Shown piece by piece: positions 49,577-52,853 of a DNA stretch of 52,853 bases. The position numbers and the translations under genes were made by a program. Location: NCBI GenBank assembly GCA_017743375.1, contig JAGHYX010000001.1:1-52853 (forward strand), read 5' to 3'. The DNA comes from Chloroflexota bacterium (GTDB lineage: Bacteria; Chloroflexota; Anaerolineae; J036; Brachytrichaceae). The notes below the pieces were generated by a model. It saw only the letters and a program-made list of their open reading frames with translations. It was not told the DNA's origin and made no database searches. Within the stretch, counting starts at the first letter, position 1; the number at the start of each line of letters is the position of its first letter.

Positions 49577-51700
49577 CTAGACTTGCAAGCGCGCCAGCTT
49601 GCGCGCAGCGGCGGCGATGTCCTCAGCTTGTGGCGTCGCTGCCCGTTCCAGCGTCCGGTTGTAGGGGATCGGCACGTCGGCTCCGCCCAGGCGCAGGATA
49701 GGCGCTTCCAGATAAGCGAACGCCTCGCTTTGGGCGATCGCAGCGGCGATCTCCGCGCCGTAGCCGCCGATCAGCGGCGCCTCGTGCGCCACCAGCAGCC
49801 GGCCCGTCTTCTTCACCGATTGCACGATCGTGTGCAGGTCATAAGGCTTCAGCGTGCGCAGGTCAATCACCTCGCACTCGATGCCTTCGCCGGCCAATTG
49901 CGCTGCTGCCTCCAGCGCGCGCGGGACGGTGATGCCGGCCCCGACGATGGTCACGTGCTGCCCGGCGCGCCGCACAGCGGCCTTGCCGATCGGCACAATG
50001 TAGGGCAGCTCCGGCACAGGGCCTTTTGCCTTGTAGAGCAACTTGTTCTCGACGAAGATGATCGGGTTCTGGTCGGCGATGGCGGCCAGCAGCAGCCCCT
50101 TCATGTCGTAGGGCGTGCTGGGCATGACGACCTTCAGGCCGGGCACGTTGACGAACCAAGACTCCAAGCTCTCGCTGTGCTGCGCGGCCGCGCCGGTGCC
50201 GCTGCCGGCTGGCAGGCGCACCACCATCTGACAGATCGTGCGCCCGCCGAACATGTAGCGCACCTTGGCCGCCTGGAGCACAAGCTGTTCCATGGCCAGC
50301 GTCACGAAGTCCTGGAACTGGAACTCGGCGATCGGCACCAGGCCGGTCATGCCGGCGCCGAAGGCCACGCCGGCGATCGCGTTCTCGCTGATTGGGGTAT
50401 CGCGCACGCGCTCGGGCCCAAAGCGGTCATACAGCCCCAGCGTGACGCCGAACGCGCCACCGTACTTGCCGATGTCCTCGCCAATCAAGATGACGTTTGG
50501 TGCGGCCTCCATCGCTTGGGCCATCGCCTCGCGGATCGCCTCGCTGCCGGTCAGCTCGCGTTCGCCCGGGGGCGGCTCGCTGCCGGCATGCCGAGCGAAA
50601 GTGCGCGTGAACCAAGTGGGCAATGGGCGACCGTTGAACGGCGCGGGCGACCCCAGCATGATGCCGCGCATCGCCGGGTCGGTGCGGTTGGCCGGCTCCT
50701 CGTAATACACCTCGTTGAGCAACTCCGAGGGATCTGGCTCCGGCGAGGCGTCGGCAAACGCCACCGCTTCTTCGATGGCCTTGACCGCTCGGTTGCGGAT
50801 GTCATCGGCCTGGGCGCGGGTGAGCAGGCCGTGTTCGATCAACAGGGCCTCGAAGCGGGCGATCGGGTCACGGGCTTGCCAGGCCTGCACCTCCTCTTTT
50901 GAGCGATAGACCTGCTTATCGCTGCGCGAGTGGCCCTTGTAGCGATAGGTCACCACCTCGATCAGCGAAGGCCCCTGGCCGGCGCGGGCGCGGTCAACAG
51001 CGGCCTTGGCCGCCTGATACACGGCCAGCACGTCCATCCCGTCCACCTGTTCACCCGGCATGGCGTAGGCCGCGGCGCGGTCGGCCACCCGCACCGGGAT
51101 GGCCTGCTTGGCCGGCATGCTCATCGCATACTGGTTGTTCTCGCAGACGAAGACCACCGGCAGCTTCCAGATCGACGCCATGTTGAGCGTCTCGTGAAAG
51201 TTGCCGTTGCTCACCGCGCCATCGCCGAAGAAGCACATCACCACGCGGCCGGTCTTGAGCAGATGCGCGCTGAGCGCCGCGCCGACCGCGCTGCCCATGC
51301 CGCCAGCGACGATGCCATTCGCGCCCAGGTTGCCCAGCTTGACGTCGGCCATGTGCATGCTGCCGCCGAAGCCACGGCAGACGCCGGTGCGCTTGGCCAA
51401 CAGCTCGGCCATCATCTCGCGCACGTCCTGGCCGATGGCGATGGCGTGGCCATGGCCGCGGTGCGTGCTGGTGATCTGATCGCCGGGTTGTAGCGCGGTG
51501 ATGCACCCCACGGCCGAGGCCTCCTGCCCGATGTAGAGGTGCATAGTGCCGTGCACCTTGCCAGCGAAGTATTGCTGCTCAGCCGCTTCTTCAAAAGCGC
51601 GGATGAGCTGCATGGTGTAGAGCATCTTCAACAGCGCCTCTGGGGATAACGCGGACAGCGCTGCGGATGGAGGGGTTGTCTCAAGGGTATGAGTGGTCAT
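49577..51700 (-). CDS. Fused TPP-dependent dehydrogenase E1 alpha-beta (acetoin/2-oxoacid dehydrogenase family)
   Basis: [35 protein letters not shown] (alpha); DTPISE, AAQHS, VIDLRTL (beta). Confidence 0.93.
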   Translation of the reverse strand: MTTHTLETTPPSAALSALSPEALLKMLYTMQLIRAFEEAAEQQYFAGKVHGTMHLYIGQEASAVGCITALQPGDQITSTHRGHGHAIAIGQDVREMMAELLAKRTGVCRGFGGSMHMADVKLGNLGANGIVAGGMGSAVGAALSAHLLKTGRVVMCFFGDGAVSNGNFHETLNMASIWKLPVVFVCENNQYAMSMPAKQAIPVRVADRAAAYAMPGEQVDGMDVLAVYQAAKAAVDRARAGQGPSLIEVVTYRYKGHSRSDKQVYRSKEEVQAWQARDPIARFEALLIEHGLLTRAQADDIRNRAVKAIEEAVAFADASPEPDPSELLNEVYYEEPANRTDPAMRGIMLGSPAPFNGRPLPTWFTRTFARHAGSEPPPGERELTGSEAIREAMAQAMEAAPNVILIGEDIGKYGGAFGVTLGLYDRFGPERVRDTPISENAIAGVAFGAGMTGLVPIAEFQFQDFVTLAMEQLVLQAAKVRYMFGGRTICQMVVRLPAGSGTGAAAQHSESLESWFVNVPGLKVVMPSTPYDMKGLLLAAIADQNPIIFVENKLLYKAKGPVPELPYIVPIGKAAVRRAGQHVTIVGAGITVPRALEAAAQLAGEGIECEVIDLRTLKPYDLHTIVQSVKKTGRLLVAHEAPLIGGYGAEIAAAIAQSEAFAYLEAPILRLGGADVPIPYNRTLERAATPQAEDIAAAARKLARLQV

Positions 51701-51725
51701 GGCGTGAAGTGTGTAATGACTTAGT

Positions 51726-52703
51726 TTAGCCCGTGTTAACCGCGCGCAGGATGCCGGCGGCGACGACCTCGTCGGTCACCAACGCATTCACCAGACCGCT
51801 TCGCAGCGCGCCGAGGACAGGTTCGATCTTGGCCTCGCCGGCGGCCACACCTAAGCGAATGGGAATGCGCGTCAGCGTCGAAGCATCCACGCTCATCACC
51901 CGCCGGCTGATCGGCAGCTCGAGGATGCGACCGTTGATGTCAAAGGGGATCGCGCACACGTCGCCCACCGCGCCGGCCTGGCGCTGCATCTCCAGCGACT
52001 GGCGCGGGCGAAGAAAGCCAGCCTTCACCAGCGCCGAATGGTCGGGATGGACCGAGCCGATCCCGACCAAGGCAAGCTGTGCGCGGCGCAGCAGCGCGAA
52101 TACCTCGCGGATGTGCGCGTCGCGCATCAGGCCGTCGCGGGTTTGCTCATCGCCCACCAACAACGGCGCGGGCAGCGTGGCGTACTTGGCGCTGAAGGCG
52201 CGCGCGATGCGGCGCGTCAACTCGGCCCCGTCTATCTCCGGCAGCCGCGTGCCCAACGAGCCGATCATCTGGACGACATACATGCCGCTGCGCGGCTGTG
52301 GGCGCAGCGCGCCAGCGACCGCGGCGAGCGCGCTGCCCCACGAGACGCCGATCGTCATCTCATCTCGAATCAGTTCCGAGAGCAAGCCGGCGGCCAGCGT
52401 CCCCACCCTGCCGAGCGCATCGCTCTGAAAGACGCGACCGCTCTCCAACACGCGCACGTATTCCAGCCCAAAGCTGGCCTGTAGGTCGCGCTCCAAGGAG
52501 ACAGCGCGGCGCAGCGGGTGATGAACGCGGATCTCGACGATGCCCTGATCGCGGGCCTCGCTCAGCAACCGAGAGATCATCGAGCGCGAGTAGTTCGTCT
52601 TGCGGGCGATCTGTTCTTGGTTCAGCCCATGGACAAAATACAACTCGGCGATCTGGGCAAGCATAGCAAGTCTGCTCTCAGGCACAGCATGCGTCGTGGC
52701 CAT
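51726..52703 (-). CDS. SorC/DeoR-family sugar-binding transcriptional regulator
   Basis: N-terminal HTH ([22 protein letters not shown]), GVSWG, GIG, GAVGD, LVTDE motifs; start ATG 52703. Confidence 0.93.
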   Translation of the reverse strand: MATTHAVPESRLAMLAQIAELYFVHGLNQEQIARKTNYSRSMISRLLSEARDQGIVEIRVHHPLRRAVSLERDLQASFGLEYVRVLESGRVFQSDALGRVGTLAAGLLSELIRDEMTIGVSWGSALAAVAGALRPQPRSGMYVVQMIGSLGTRLPEIDGAELTRRIARAFSAKYATLPAPLLVGDEQTRDGLMRDAHIREVFALLRRAQLALVGIGSVHPDHSALVKAGFLRPRQSLEMQRQAGAVGDVCAIPFDINGRILELPISRRVMSVDASTLTRIPIRLGVAAGEAKIEPVLGALRSGLVNALVTDEVVAAGILRAVNTG

Positions 52704-52720
52704 AGTTCTGGTGATACAGA

Positions 52721-52778
52721 AGCCTAATGGCGCGCGTGCGATTGTCAAGCAAATGTGAAGGGCGTTCACAAATGTGAA
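52721..52778 (-). promoter_or_regulatory. Promoter and putative operator of the RLP operon
   Basis: TTGACA (52748-52743), 16 nt, TAGGCT (52726-52721); adjacent TGTGAA-N5-TTCACA (52754-52770) and AAATGTGAA repeated at 52751 and 52770. Confidence 0.7.
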
Positions 52779-52853
52779 TCGAGCGGCGCGCCGATCAGGA
52801 GCAGCGCCGCGCTTCGCTCAAATAGCGGGCGCGCTCCTCGCAGGTCAACTCGC

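Noticed and set aside
49172-50902. Long antisense ORFs (also 13246-14751, 41863-43005, 8861-9940, 10267-11358, 45498-46475)
   Set aside because: Shadow frames of well-supported genes in high-GC DNA, with no recognisable motifs
52754-52770. CRP site
   Set aside because: Spacing is TGTGA-N7-TCACA, not N6; better explained as a local regulator operator
52704-52853. SAM riboswitch upstream of the mtnK/mtnA operon
   Set aside because: No S-box consensus visible and the promoter lies too close to the start codon; an Rfam scan was not run

Overview
GC-rich bacterial chromosome segment. The gene content and Pro/Ala-rich lipoprotein linkers suggest Chloroflexota/Anaerolineae, but that is inference. 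Most of the window is housekeeping and carbohydrate genes (hypF end, GH78 rhamnosidase, def, iscS-mnmA, pgk, rsmG, galT, tRNA-Ser(CGA), sppA, uxuA, proA, moeA, a homoisocitrate dehydrogenase-like gene, ECF sigma/kinase). Three things stand out. (1) A 13-kb minus-strand operon (39505-52703) encodes a SorC-type sugar regulator, fused TPP-dependent E1 alpha-beta, E2, cupin, sugar ABC transporter, MtnK, MtnA and a KDDH-type (R. rubrum-like) RuBisCO-like protein. I infer a catabolic route from methylthioribose or 5-deoxyribose to 1-deoxyxylulose-5-P and then to acetyl-CoA plus GAP, which I do not recognise as described. (2) A 6.15-kb integrase-free sugar-utilisation island sits between two identical 197-bp direct repeats and shows strong intragenic GC mosaicism. 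(3) A dispersed ~127-bp MITE-like family has 12-bp TIRs, 8-bp TSDs and an internal palindrome with compensatory changes. All calls are from motif recognition by eye; no searches were run.
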